DNA of 50,240 bases, counting the filler, from Sphacelaria rigidula (Eukaryota): assembly GCA_964200075.2 (NCBI GenBank). It is 3 parts of 3 records of this genome, joined end to end, with 100 filler letters (N's around TTAATTAATTAA, not from the genome) between each part and the next. Parts side by side here need not be neighbours in the genome. Positions count along the whole stretch, not along the records: positions 1 to 16,681 come from CAXNAA020001276.1; 2 more parts are not named here. One strand, written 5' to 3'. The notes below the pieces were generated by a model, which searched no databases, was not told where the DNA came from, and was given only the letters and a program-made list of their open reading frames with translations. Made by a program: the position numbers and the translations under genes. How positions within the stretch are numbered: the stretch's first letter is position 1; each line of letters opens with the position of its first letter. Shown here in pieces: positions 1 to 11,104 of the stretch.

Positions 1-40
1 TTTTTCAACCGTTTGATATCCCGGGCATGTCCATCTGTTG

Positions 41-97
41 AGGCCGTGTCTTATCAAATTGTTTTCGAGTCGAGAACAATTTGATAAGACACGGCCT
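41..97. repeat. 57-bp near-perfect palindrome
   Basis: AGGCCGTGTCTTATCAAATTGTTTTCGA (41-68) pairs with 70-97 with one mismatch and a 1-nt loop. Confidence 0.9.
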
Positions 98-464
98 GGG
101 TCGGCATCATAGTCAGTCGAAGAGTGAATAAATACTGTACCAGATCCGGGTATCCAAAGCGGCTGGTTTCACATACAATATTTAAAATCCCAATGTCCGG
201 CGAATTGGCGCCCAAGGGGCAGCGAGCAAAGGCTTCTTGCGGCCCTCACCCCTAATCGACCGGTTGATCAGCTTCTCGGGACAAACGCAGCTCAACACAC
301 TTGGGTGCCGAACATCTCCAGATTGATCCTAGGTGGTACCACCAAAACGTGTAAAGAACAACTACTGATCTGGTGGGGGGGAAAATACGGTACACGATGA
401 AGGGTTGGGTTGAGATTCATGGGTGGAGGATGGACCATATGTTTCCATGGGGATCATCAATAGC

Positions 465-773
465 GTTCACCCGCGTTGGGCTACAAATGTTCATGGTCGG
501 TATTACTTGATTTGAGTGTGTACAACAAGAATCGGAATTTAAGCAGGGCTGACAGTCCCGTGTGCTCCTCGTGTGCGCAGAACGCGTTTTCGTTGAAATG
601 GGCGCCACAGGCGCTGATTTGGGGTCTATCAAGGCCGCATTTTGTCTAGGGAATGTATGCGCAGCCCTTGCCCGAGGGTTCTCGGTATGCGTTGGGTTGG
701 GGTTAGGTTCAGGGGTAGCGATACTTGTAAAATTGTGTCCACCATGGACATTTGTAGCCCAACGCCGGTAAAC
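465..773 (-). mobile_element. MITE with ~33-bp TIRs and degenerate telomeric repeats
   Basis: GTTCACCCGCGTTGGGCTACAAATGTTCATGGT (465-497) versus its inverted copy at 741-773; degenerate TTAGGG-like run at 691-720; interior homologous to 30624-30948. Confidence 0.8.
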
Positions 774-1092
774 TAGTCTCATGGAGATAGCCCTCGCATA
801 CATGGAGGAGTTGCTCAGCTTCAGCTTTGGGGTCACCTGCGTTAAAGTTCAAGCGGTGATAATCCGGAAAAAATTATCGTACATAAGACTTCAGCAGATA
901 CAATCACAATTTTAAACTACCGAAATGTTTAAACCCTTTTGAAACCCTCCCTAAAAAATCCACGGGTCATACGCGCCATGATTCAGAGGTAGGTGCCCAT
1001 GGTTGCGGAACAAGTACAATAAAAGCACAACTTTTCTTGGGTTTGCTAGAGAAAAACCTCATGGAAAATTATTTGCCGCTCCGTCGTTGTTT

Positions 1093-1420
1093 CAGGGGCG
1101 GACTTCCCGTCCCGTCCTGTCTCGACATTATCCCAATTTTCTGTTCCGTCTCATTTTTTTCCGGAGACGGGAACAACCTCGCGGTCCGTCCCACCCCGTC
1201 GTTTTCCAGGCACGTGAGAAAGTTCCCGTCCCGACCTCTTTAATTTTTCCTGTTCCCGGCCCGTCCGCATGCGTAGCGGGTGGACTGAGTCCCGTAATAT
1301 TTGATGGGATGCCCCGTCCTCTTCTCACAGGACGTCCCGTCAACGGCTCGGGAACTCCCATCCAAACTCACGGATTTTTGAAGAAATCCAGGGACGTGTT
1401 CGGATATGCTCCACACCTTG
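1093..1420. mobile_element. Degenerate hAT-like MITE with CCCGTCC subterminal motifs
   Basis: Starts CAGGGGCGG, ends CACCTTG, with many CCCGT(CC) motifs inside; no clear TSD. Confidence 0.4.
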
Positions 1421-2363
1421 AACAATATATGATCAATGGTTGCAATAGACGAAACTATGTACTGCCTGAAAAATAGGTCTGTAGCAACTATTGTCGGCCG
1501 ACAATGGTTGCTATATGCCTATACTTCATGCAGTACATTTCTTCTCAATTGCAGCCATTGACTATGCCTTATCCAAGGTTTGATGTTTTCTAAATGTGGG
1601 ACATGTTCTTACAAGAAATGGTTGAAAGCAAATTTTCCAGCCGGTTTTAGCGTTTCGTGTCAGTCCCTGGGCAACCCCGTGCCCTTACAGCACAGTGCGG
1701 TTGTACTGCCACACGCATCGTACGAAAACGGACAACACTAAAGGCTGTACAATCATAACAGAGCAATATTCTTGTGTGGTTGCCCTCGATACGAAGGCTA
1801 GCTTTTTTTTTTTCAGGGCTACAGTTCAGCTGTTTGCTCGGTCAACATGAAAGTTTTTTTTTTTACTTTTCAGAACGTGGATAATGGAAATACATGATGA
1901 AAAACATATCCCATCCTTCAAATCGTCGGTTCCAATGGCGTCAGTCCTAGCACACAGCATGTCACGTGGTTATGTGTGTGATCCTCAATAGGGTCACGTA
2001 ATACACCACGTAGTGCAGTATTTTACAACCCCACTCTGTTGTACTGTACTATCATACTGTATATGCACGATGGATAATAACAGAACATCTAAGCAAGCAT
2101 CCCGCTCTCTGAGCCTGCAACGAGCCTCGAGCACGCTTCGTTGTACACGCCACGGTCTTCGGTCGTACACGTAAATAGAGCTGTGCTGTACATTTTATCC
2201 ACGCGCAGCACCATTATGCAAGTCAACATGAGCTAATCTTCGGTTCAGGCCTGACATGTTCACTTTGTTCATGAAGTTTAATGAATAATCCTCGTGCTGG
2301 GAGCTATGTGGATATTTTCGCTTTCATCCCCGATTACTGAAAGTAATCGAGTCATCCTACGAC

Positions 2364-2805
2364 AGGGGGCGTACTCATTCGTTGCTTGCCTTGGTCATTT
2401 GGCCACTGACCACGCATCCCTTTCGAGACCAAGCACCGTTTCTCCTCCCGATAGAGACACCTCCAACATTTAGGTGCTCATTACGGTTCTTCCATACATT
2501 ACACAAACACATTTTACGCATTTCTTACCCCCGTCCTGTTTCGCCGTCTGTGGCCACCAGCTATCTCCTAGTATAGCCATCGTTTACCCGCTTCTGTCTA
2601 ATGCATCAAACGATCTCATGCCACCTTCGTTCACTTCCCGCATTTCCCCCTCTACAGTAGCACGTCCCGTTCCTCCTTGAATAATGCCACAATATGAATT
2701 CTGCTCTCTATTGCTTTGCCATTGGGGCAATTCTGTGCATCTACTTCCTCCTCCTCTCGACTACTGGTAAAGCTCTTTCTTCTTTCTGGCAGGTCCAGGC
2801 CCCCC
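2364..2805 (+). repeat. Dispersed ~440-bp repeat, copy 1
   Basis: Colinear similarity to 14523-14954, from GGGGG..TCATTCGTT through TCTTTCTGGCAGGTCCAGG. Confidence 0.8.
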
Positions 2806-4948
2806 ACCCGAAATCGCTACTTGTAGGGAGGGGGGCTAGGTGGGGCCATTTCTTCCACGAAAGCAGCAGCAGTTGTTCGAACGCGGCTGTTACCGATAAA
2901 TAACGCTTGTTCATACTGCTTGGCACCGTTTTTCACCAAGGTACAAGCGCACCGAGAGAGTGTTAAGTCGTCTGACACACCCGTGAGCCTTTCTCTCGTG
3001 GAATCAACCCCCCCCCCCTTTCAAGTCGGTGCTCCGTCTCGAAAGGGATGCGTGGTCGATGGTCAAACGGCCAATTATTATGTTCGTCACATTAGCCCGA
3101 TCTCTCGAACCCGTGGTCACAGAGGGCAAGAAGCAAGCATACCACCCACACCATAAATCAAACAGCCCGCAGAGGAAGGCAAGAAACAGAACATCTACAT
3201 GAAAAAAGGTCACCTTCACTACGACAGATCCGTACAAGACCGATTGAACTACAGGAGATCTACTGGAATCTAAAAATTCCTCACGTGCGATCTCTCCGAC
3301 TACCTTGCCACGTACTGGCGACTAAGGCAAGCAAGAAATGAATCCCCCCCCCCACCTACCGTAGGATCATTCGATCCTGGGTTCTGACGGAGCGTACGTT
3401 AGTTCGAGGCCAAGTATGTCGAGTAGGTACACACACACATGCTGCTGTTTGTCTCGTCTATGGCATCGCCCGAGCAGAGATAGGAGAGTCGTCCACGGCA
3501 TGGCAAAAACAAAAACAAATAAGCCTGAAATTGGGATCAGCGTGTTGGAGTAAAACTTGTTCATGGCCCAGCTCACGGCTGCGGCACATATGAGGATTCC
3601 AAAGGGCGGCGAAACACCATCAGCCATTCATTCAAAGTTGTGTTTTGTAAGGTATACGAGCTGAAATTATTAATGGGATATTTACCCCTTGGACCGCGAG
3701 GGTAGTCCATCTGGATCATGGCATGCTTTTTTCAGGTCACATTAATGCCGATTCAATAGACAACCTCTCCTCGCTGTCAAAGGGTTGTAGAAGTATGAAA
3801 TAGGTACGTTGTCGGTAAACGCCCTTACGAACCGTACCGGAGTGTTCAGAATAGGGCTCGATACCTTGCTGAACCGTACCGGAATGTTGGGTACATATTC
3901 CGATAGGGTTTATCAATAGTGCGCCAACCAAAAATCCCCCCATTTCCGGGTATACCCTATCTAAACATAACCTTGAAACCAGTAGTGCAGGATTACTTGT
4001 AGATCCGTTGATGGGAAAATGACGATTTACAATTGACGTTTTCTTGGGCAAGATACGATTGTTGTTTCTCTGCAAGTGTTGATAATGATGCTTCCCACCA
4101 AAACAGTGCACGACTCTAAGTTCAAGTATACTCATGCGATAGATTCGTGCACCGAACTCGGAGTTACGATTTCCCGGTGACGAAAGCTCGCACACATATA
4201 TATATATATATATTTATGTAGGTGATTGTACTGTTTTTCTCGAGTTTCAAAAGGGTTAATTTAATGTACGGTGTTACGCTGGTGCTGGATGATGACGATA
4301 GTTGGTGTACGCTTGGAGGAGACTACACTGAGTAATGGGGCATATTCCTGACTAATAATTTGTGTTTGTAGCGGTCTGCACTGACGTGCACTCGTGTGAA
4401 TGTGCAGGAGACAGCGTAGTGATCGTGATCAACCATGCGTGCCGTTTTCGCACCACCCAAGATTTTGCAAATCTGACGATCCCGTAATGTAGTATCGGAT
4501 GAAAACTAACTAGCAAGTGCGCTTGCTGCGGAATTTGAAATTTTCTGTGGGTTGGGGGGCCACGGTGTGTTCCTGTGGGCACATTCTTTCAACGAGATCG
4601 TCATTATTTTTCAAAAACCGCTTCTTAACGGCCTTTGAGTTTTGCACGTCAGCTGGCAGGCGTGAAGTTTCGGAGGCGGGGTTGCACTTGGGCCATGGAC
4701 AACAGTTTTTTAGATCGCACGTACACGGTGACCAGAGCAGGAACATTGCATATGACATGACATGCTCTGCCCCTCAGAGAAATCATGACACGTGTGCATC
4801 TCGAGGACGGGAGACGGCACCGAAGTTACGGAAAATTCGTCGTCAAAAGGACCTTTAGTGTCATGTCAGCCCCCGATAAGTCCGAGTACGAAATGAGCGC
4901 CGGAATGTTTGAGGTGGCTCTACTAGGAGCAGGAACGGTGCTCCGTCT

Positions 4949-4958
4949 NNNNNNNNNN
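4949..4958. other. Assembly gap (10 N)
   Basis: N run. Both flanks carry GTCT, and joining them restores the repeat consensus GGTGCTCCGTCTCGAAAGGG seen at ~3028. Confidence 0.95.
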
Positions 4959-6132
4959 GTCTCGAAAGGGATGCGTGGTCAATGGTCAAGCGACTAAGGC
5001 AAGCAACAAATGAGGACGCCCCCGATGAGTTCTCGCCGTCAAAATGTCATCGGAGGGCATGTGATGCATCGCGGTTGCCATATTATCAAGCTGGTGCATG
5101 TGCACCATGGCTGGCACACCTTCGACGAGGTCTTCGTTGGACCCACAGGCTGATCCCACTTCTTGGGGAACAAAACACTGTCATCGGCGATTTTCCGCTC
5201 GAAGTTTGAGAGTTGAGACCTGAAAATGTTGAGGAGAGGTGCAAATCGACGATTTGAAGGCCATGCCTAGGGGAGTTCGTAACTCTCTTCTTTTTTTTTT
5301 CGGAGCTAGGTCCATTTGACCGAATTAAAATATATATATGTATATATACACCCTCCCTCATCTTGGGAATAAAAAAATAAAATCTCCTCGATATGGCCTT
5401 GAAATGTTCGATTCGCATCTCTGCTCTAAAATTCAGGTCCCAACACTTGAATTTCGAGCGAAAAATCCAAGATGTGTATAATTGATTCCCAATAAGGTAC
5501 GAAACCCGTACAAAGTATCAAATAATTTTTTTCCCTCCTTTCGCTTCCGGCCATATCTTCCGAACGGCGACGATCTAGAAGCCGAAACAGGTGTCGTTGT
5601 TTTTGCCTTGACGTCAGCTGCACCCCCACTATTTTTTTTCAGCGTAATCGGACAAGATTCCGGGTTCTCTTTATTTTCGCACCAAGCCGCCACGAACGGG
5701 TACCGCCTGCCGGTTCGACTGTCCAGCTTGAAGAGTGGGAATGTTACCATTTCTCACACGATTGTCCGAAAAATGGCTCTCGTTGAGAAATAAAGAATTT
5801 ACACGTGGGACAGATCATGATCCGTCTGAAATGAATAAGTAAAAAAAAGACTTCTCAAATCCGTTGGTCCAAAAACACACAATATGTGGCCGCCGAGTCA
5901 GAAAAGTCAAGGCGCAACCTTTGCGCTACTTGGCGTGCTCGGCGTCCGGCGCTGTAGGGGGCAAATATGGGAAGGGGGGGGGCAAATGATCTGGATCATC
6001 GGATCCGGATCAGTAAACTGAGAGGACACTTTCTACGATAGCCCCCCTACAAAAACAGCCCAAAAGTGTCACAAAAAAAATGGTAATACAGCGCCTGATG
6101 TTCGAGTTCAGGCTGCATTAAGCGCCTCATAT

Positions 6133-6232
6133 GGGCGACATTGGCAAGAACGAACCCAACCGTGGGAATTCCCAGCTGCTCGTTGTGCTCGGTCTTTTCT
6201 TTTTCGATTCACGTGAACATTTTTTCCTCCCC
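6133..6232 (+). repeat. Dispersed repeat fragment (second copy ~10066-10165)
   Basis: CGACATTGGCAA.AACGA.CC...TTCCC.GCTGCTCG.TGTGCTCGG is shared by both sites. Confidence 0.65.
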
Positions 6233-6620
6233 AAACCAAGCACTTTTTGAGTATCGTAGAAAGTGTCAGAGGAAGCACTTTTCAGACGGATCATGATCTG
6301 TCCGATGTGCAAAAAATTCCATACAGTATACGGATTTTCTCGCACAAAGCGTCCCAGAAAAAATGGTGGAGAAATCTGTCCGGAAACGACCAGAAAAAGC
6401 TTCTTTTTTTCTTCTGTCGTAGCACAAGAAGCAGCCTGCATACCGCGTCAACGATGCTTGGATAATAAATCGCCGTTCCGAATTCGTCATCCTAGTGTTT
6501 GCCGGAGTCCCAAAAAAAGGTTCACTGTGTAAATTGACTGCCTCCACCGTCCATCTCGCGTGTAATGTTCTTTGCTGTACGTGTATCGCCCAACACTACT
6601 TGTTCTTTTCCAAAATCTAG

Positions 6621-6766
6621 GCGCCCCGTTTTCGCGGAGAACCTTCATGGCTCTGGGGGTTTCGCTGGGGTCAGAGAAAGTGATGGTCAGCCTAAGTGAG
6701 GACCAATCCATCCTTTCATGGCAGGGCGTGGATTCCGTTAGTTCCCCAACACGCGGCAGCGTTCAG
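6621..6766 (+). CDS. PH-protein internal exon (N-terminal part of PH domain)
   Basis: tctag|GC (phase 1) ... CAG|gtgagg; open frame. Confidence 0.75.
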
Positions 6767-9700
6767 GTGAGGGCCATGCGTGATATGATCGCGTAAAAGC
6801 AAGTGGAGGAGTGAGCACACGAGGAGTTTCACTTGATACCTGCGGTTTGTCTCCAAAAATTGAAGTATGAGGGGATGTCGGTGGGGCTGATGGGGTCAGA
6901 CACATCGCATTGACCGTCGACCTGCCCGCCGCACTTGCGACATTTGTGACAGTCTGGGATGGGGGGCTCGGTGTGTGTTGTTCGGGCTCAATACCCGTTC
7001 CCCCCCCTGCCTGATACGGGGTAGGTACGAGAGTGGCGGAATGAGTCAGAAATCAAATCGCAGAATAGCAGTCTCGTCTTGGAGGGGGAGGGTGTTGATG
7101 AGATCATAGTCGAGCATCCCGCCCCCTCCCCCCCGTGATACCTGATTTTTTTTTCAGAGGCTGCCAATGACAATATTATTCCGAAAAGAGGTCTCCCGTC
7201 GTTGGGGTCAAGTCTCATGGAGCGGGGCGGGCGCGGGGAGGGATAACCATCGTCGCCATCGACAGATTTACTAAGGCATCAATCGGTAGCCATTGCCGTC
7301 ATCAATAGACTTGGTATGACATCTATCGACAGTCATTGCCGTCATCAATAGAGTTAGTGAGCCATCTATCGATAACCTCTGCCATCACCAATAGAGCTTT
7401 GGAATCACTGTAGGTGTGTATATGTTTTTCATTGCAGTGGTCTTACGGCATCATCGGCGATAATCTCAACACGGTATCACGCAACTACCTGGGGCGATAG
7501 CTGGTGATAGCTTTTGTGGAAGGTGGAAGCATCCACCGCAAAATGTGTATCAACAGCTCTCAAACCACGCCATTAAGCTCTTTTTATGCCCAGTAATAGA
7601 TGTTGGTGACCGCGATTCAGATCCTATTGTGGTTAGCATTAGACATGGGTGGCCGCAAGTCACATCTCCTTGTGACCAGGAATATGCAGATTCTATTGTG
7701 GTTGGCACTAGACATTGATGGCCACGATTCATAACCTATTGCAACAGATACCATATATCGATGGACGATTTTGCCACTTCATTATCCCGGCAATGATACA
7801 TGCTGTCCCTTGTCCCGAATCTGTTGTTGCCTACAATAGCGATCGATAGACGGTAATGCCAGTCTCTTGTGGCCGACAATGGACATGGACAGTCACGTTT
7901 CCGGGGCGATTATAGCGGCAATGTTCTATTACGGTCTTTTGTCAAGGATATAAGCATACTCACCCACCCACACACTCAAAAGTACTGAGTGCTCTTGTCC
8001 GTCTGAGGGAGGAAGAAACCTGAGCACCAAGACAACACCAACAACAAAACTCGTTAACTCCTGAAAGACACGTCGCGGGTTCCTGCAACGTGCAACCTTT
8101 CCGAATTTGTATCATCGCGATGCCATGTTTTCACAAGTAGTATCATCATGTACCCGCCGAAAGTTCAAGTGCGGCCTCCCTACCGTATTTCTACAGAGCA
8201 AATACTCTTTACATGGTATATTGCATTGCAGGTGTGGCAGCAGACAACAGAGGATGTCTACAGGTGTAGGCATTGTATACCACAATCGATTCTGGTATGT
8301 ATCTACAAATTGATGGCCATTGCGGTCGTCAATGAATTTGGTGAGCTATCTATCGACAGCTATTGCCGACATCAATAGATTTGGTCGACAAATCCATCAA
8401 AAACCATTGCCGTTATCAAAAGATTTGGCACAGTCTATCGATAGTCATTGTCGTCATCAATAGATTTGGAAGTCTATCTGTCGGTATAGGGACGCAACAG
8501 GCTGCTACCCGGGCGACAGTGTGGGGAAAGGATATATCGATACATATTACCAACGATAGCAGACAGAAAACCCCTGCAGATCGATAGCCATTACCGACGA
8601 CAAATATTGGCGTCTATCGCAAAAGATCCTATTGCTATTCTGGTGTCTACTGCCTGTTGTCTAGGGTGTGAACCATGAGCAATTCAAAATATATTCAAAA
8701 TAAAATGGCAGTTTTACCCACACGTTATTTTCCCGCACAAACACTCTTGCGATCTCACCAAATATCTCATACCTCCTTCACAAGAGTGGGATTAAACCCT
8801 GCGTCGGTTCGTCACTATCGTGGCTTGTCGCTTATCCTCGGGGAACCACCACTTGTCCCCTTTCTTCAAGATTCACTACTGTACTTTATACTGTACGACC
8901 GCGGGTCTGAGCGACTGAACTGATACGATTGATGTAATGAACAATGCCACGCTGTGGACCTCCGCAGGTGGCTCGAGTAGAGAAAGTGAAGCCGACTGGG
9001 AGCGCAGGCCTCGCACTCATGGGCAAGGGACATAGCAAAGAGCTGGAGCTTGAGGCTGAGGATGCCGCCACCAGGGATACCTGGGTGAGATTTTCACCAA
9101 TGGAAGGGCGCCTGAGATTTGGCTCTGTAGTGTTTCCTTGACTTGGTCAAATCCGCGTGGTTGATCCCATATGGTCGGTGACTCGAATGCCGTGTAGCAG
9201 TGTTTTCGTCGGGTTTGTGCTCGATTGGGATGTAGACCTTGATATCGGGGATGCTGGGTTCAATTAGGTGAGAGGAAATCAGAGTAAGTTCAGATGCCTA
9301 CACACCCTACTACTCTACTGTACTCGGCATGGCGTTCCGAGGAAGGGGGTCGGCCCCTACAGGGGAAGCGCCGTGTCTGCCCCACGTAGACTCCCCATCG
9401 TGTAGATAGTTGCTCCACCAGACCCCCCCCCCCACCCCCCCGCGCGCCCCGTAGCCCAAACTCGCAAAAATAGTCTTGCGTCTGCGAGACTCACAGGAAA
9501 AAGAGTGTCTTGAGGATTCCCTTCGTGGAAGGTAGACGTAGGGAAGAGACTTCAGGCGTCCCGGAGTAATGTGGGTAGCTACTTTCGTGTTATTTCTGTC
9601 GCGCGAGGTGGATCGTTATCGTTTCTGCCGCAGCTAGTGATTTTTCTTCACTTCCAGCGATGTATTACGACGTGTAAATGTATTTAGTGTACTTCGGGGG

Positions 9701-11104
9701 CAGTTTGTCATTTTTGGTGTTCACTCTGTCCAGTTTGCAGTGTGATGAAAAGCTCGAGTTTCTTGAGTGACATCTATCGCATATTTCGTTTCCGTCGTTT
9801 TGAACAAAGGTCACGGCGCTTACAGAGCTGGTCGCCCGATCAAAAGAAACGGGGGAAATCGAAGAGGCGGAGGTAACGGAGCGAGCAGAGGAGCAAGCAG
9901 AGAGCGATGCTCTACAGAAGGTACGCGCGGTAACTGAGTGGGGAGTGTATGAGTGATGCCGCGGTAGCCCCCCCCCCCACGCCCAAACCAGCCCCAGAAC
10001 TGTTACGAAGAAAACGGTCATCCAGGGTACGATAGCTGCTTTCAGACTTGATGAAGCGCCTAGTGTGGACGACATTGGCAAAAACGATCCTGAGCGTATG
10101 ATTTCCCGGCTGCTCGGTGTGCTCGGCTTTCATTTTGATTCTACGTGTGAAATTTCGCTTCCTCGAACCAACCACTCTTCTGGTGGAGGGGGGCGGGGGG
10201 GGGGGCGGGAAGAGACTGTCGCGGCATCGGTCGTATGGCCATGTAGTCGGCCTCCACATTTTGAAAGATCGGGCTGATCAGACACCCGTTACAAACGTGA
10301 GACGCATGAACTGGATGGCGTATTCACAGCGCTTTCATCAGGTCTCCACGCATGCGCCAGCACGAACCGTGTGTCGTCTGGGGCTGCACTGGATATTTTT
10401 GTAGATTTCTAGAGCCCGACTTGGGAAGCTGGGCTGGGCCTTCACGACAGGCGCGCCTTGGCCGATAGTGAACATGCGGCAAGCGCTTTGTGTTCTGCGT
10501 CGCAGCTTGCCTGTACCTGCGATAATAACGGAACGTACAGCCGAGCAAGGGACGGAAAAAGGTACAGAAAAAGGTACACACCGTTTTGCCCGATCTGACG
10601 ACGCGTAGAGTTTGGCCAAAGACTCTCCATGACGACTGATGTGTTGTTCTGATCGCTCCCATCCCTACTTGAAGACGACTGTGTTAGTACTGTAGTGCCG
10701 ACTCAATCACGTCCAGAGGTTGAATTTCAGTCCGTGAGCATACGTCAGTTCTGCACCCAAACCGCTGTTGAAAATTTCATGCTCGGGCCATTTTCACTCT
10801 CTTCGTGAACGTGATAGATTTTGTCAAAGTCAAGCAAACCGTACGATGCTTCCATTGTTGACAGTCCCTGGTTTAACCTTGGCTGTAGTCTGATCCGCCT
10901 CGCCCCCTACTCCTGCCACGACCCTCTGGTATCCCACCGCATCATCTGTTTCGTTCGCCGTCACTGTGCATCGTGAGCCAGAGCGATTATTGGTCCACCA
11001 GGAGGAACGAGCTCGCGCAAATTGAGGCTGCTGCGGCGGAGCGAAAAAAGAAGTATGCTAATACGGGGATGAAACACACTGCGGAGGCCATGGCACGAAG
11101 ATAA
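6621..11104 (+). CDS. PH-domain + coiled-coil protein, 3' four exons: join(6621-6766, 8968-9084, 9810-9920, 10982-11104); 5' exons not located
   Basis: GT-AG introns with consistent phase give (G)APFSRRTFMALGVSLGSEKVMVSLSEDQSILSWQGVDSVSSPTRGSVQ|VARVEKVKPTGSAGLALMGKGHSKELELEAEDAATRDTW|VTALTELVARSKETGEIEEAEVTERAEEQAESDALQK|SDYWSTRRNELAQIEAAAAERKKKYANTGMKHTAEAMARR*. The L.L.A.....R..WV.AL helix and LS.D...L.W strand are PH-fold signatures. Confidence 0.8.
7247..8666. mobile_element. Degenerate DNA-transposon remnant with ~43-bp tandem repeats (intronic)
   Basis: CCATTGCCGTCATCAATAG-like units at 7247/7290/7333/7376 and 8317/8360/8404/8445; right terminus TTGTCTAGGG resembles the TTGTCCAGGG end at 48014. 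Confidence 0.6.
8968..9084 (+). CDS. PH-protein internal exon
   Basis: cgcag|GTG ... TGG|gtgaga; 39 codons ending ...EAEDAATRDTW. Confidence 0.85.
9810..9920 (+). CDS. PH-protein internal exon
   Basis: caaag|GTC ... AAG|gtacgc; VTALTELV completes the PH C-terminal helix. Confidence 0.8.
10982..11104 (+). CDS. PH-protein terminal exon
   Basis: gccag|AGC ... AGA TAA; helical, charged C-terminus. Confidence 0.78.
   Translation, partial: SDYWSTRRNELAQIEAAAAERKKKYANTGMKHTAEAMARR

Noticed and set aside
1861-4948. Candidate upstream exons of the PH gene (acceptors near 1873, 2940, 3735, 4777)
   Set aside because: None gave a convincing open frame ending in a phase-1 donor with plausible protein sequence.
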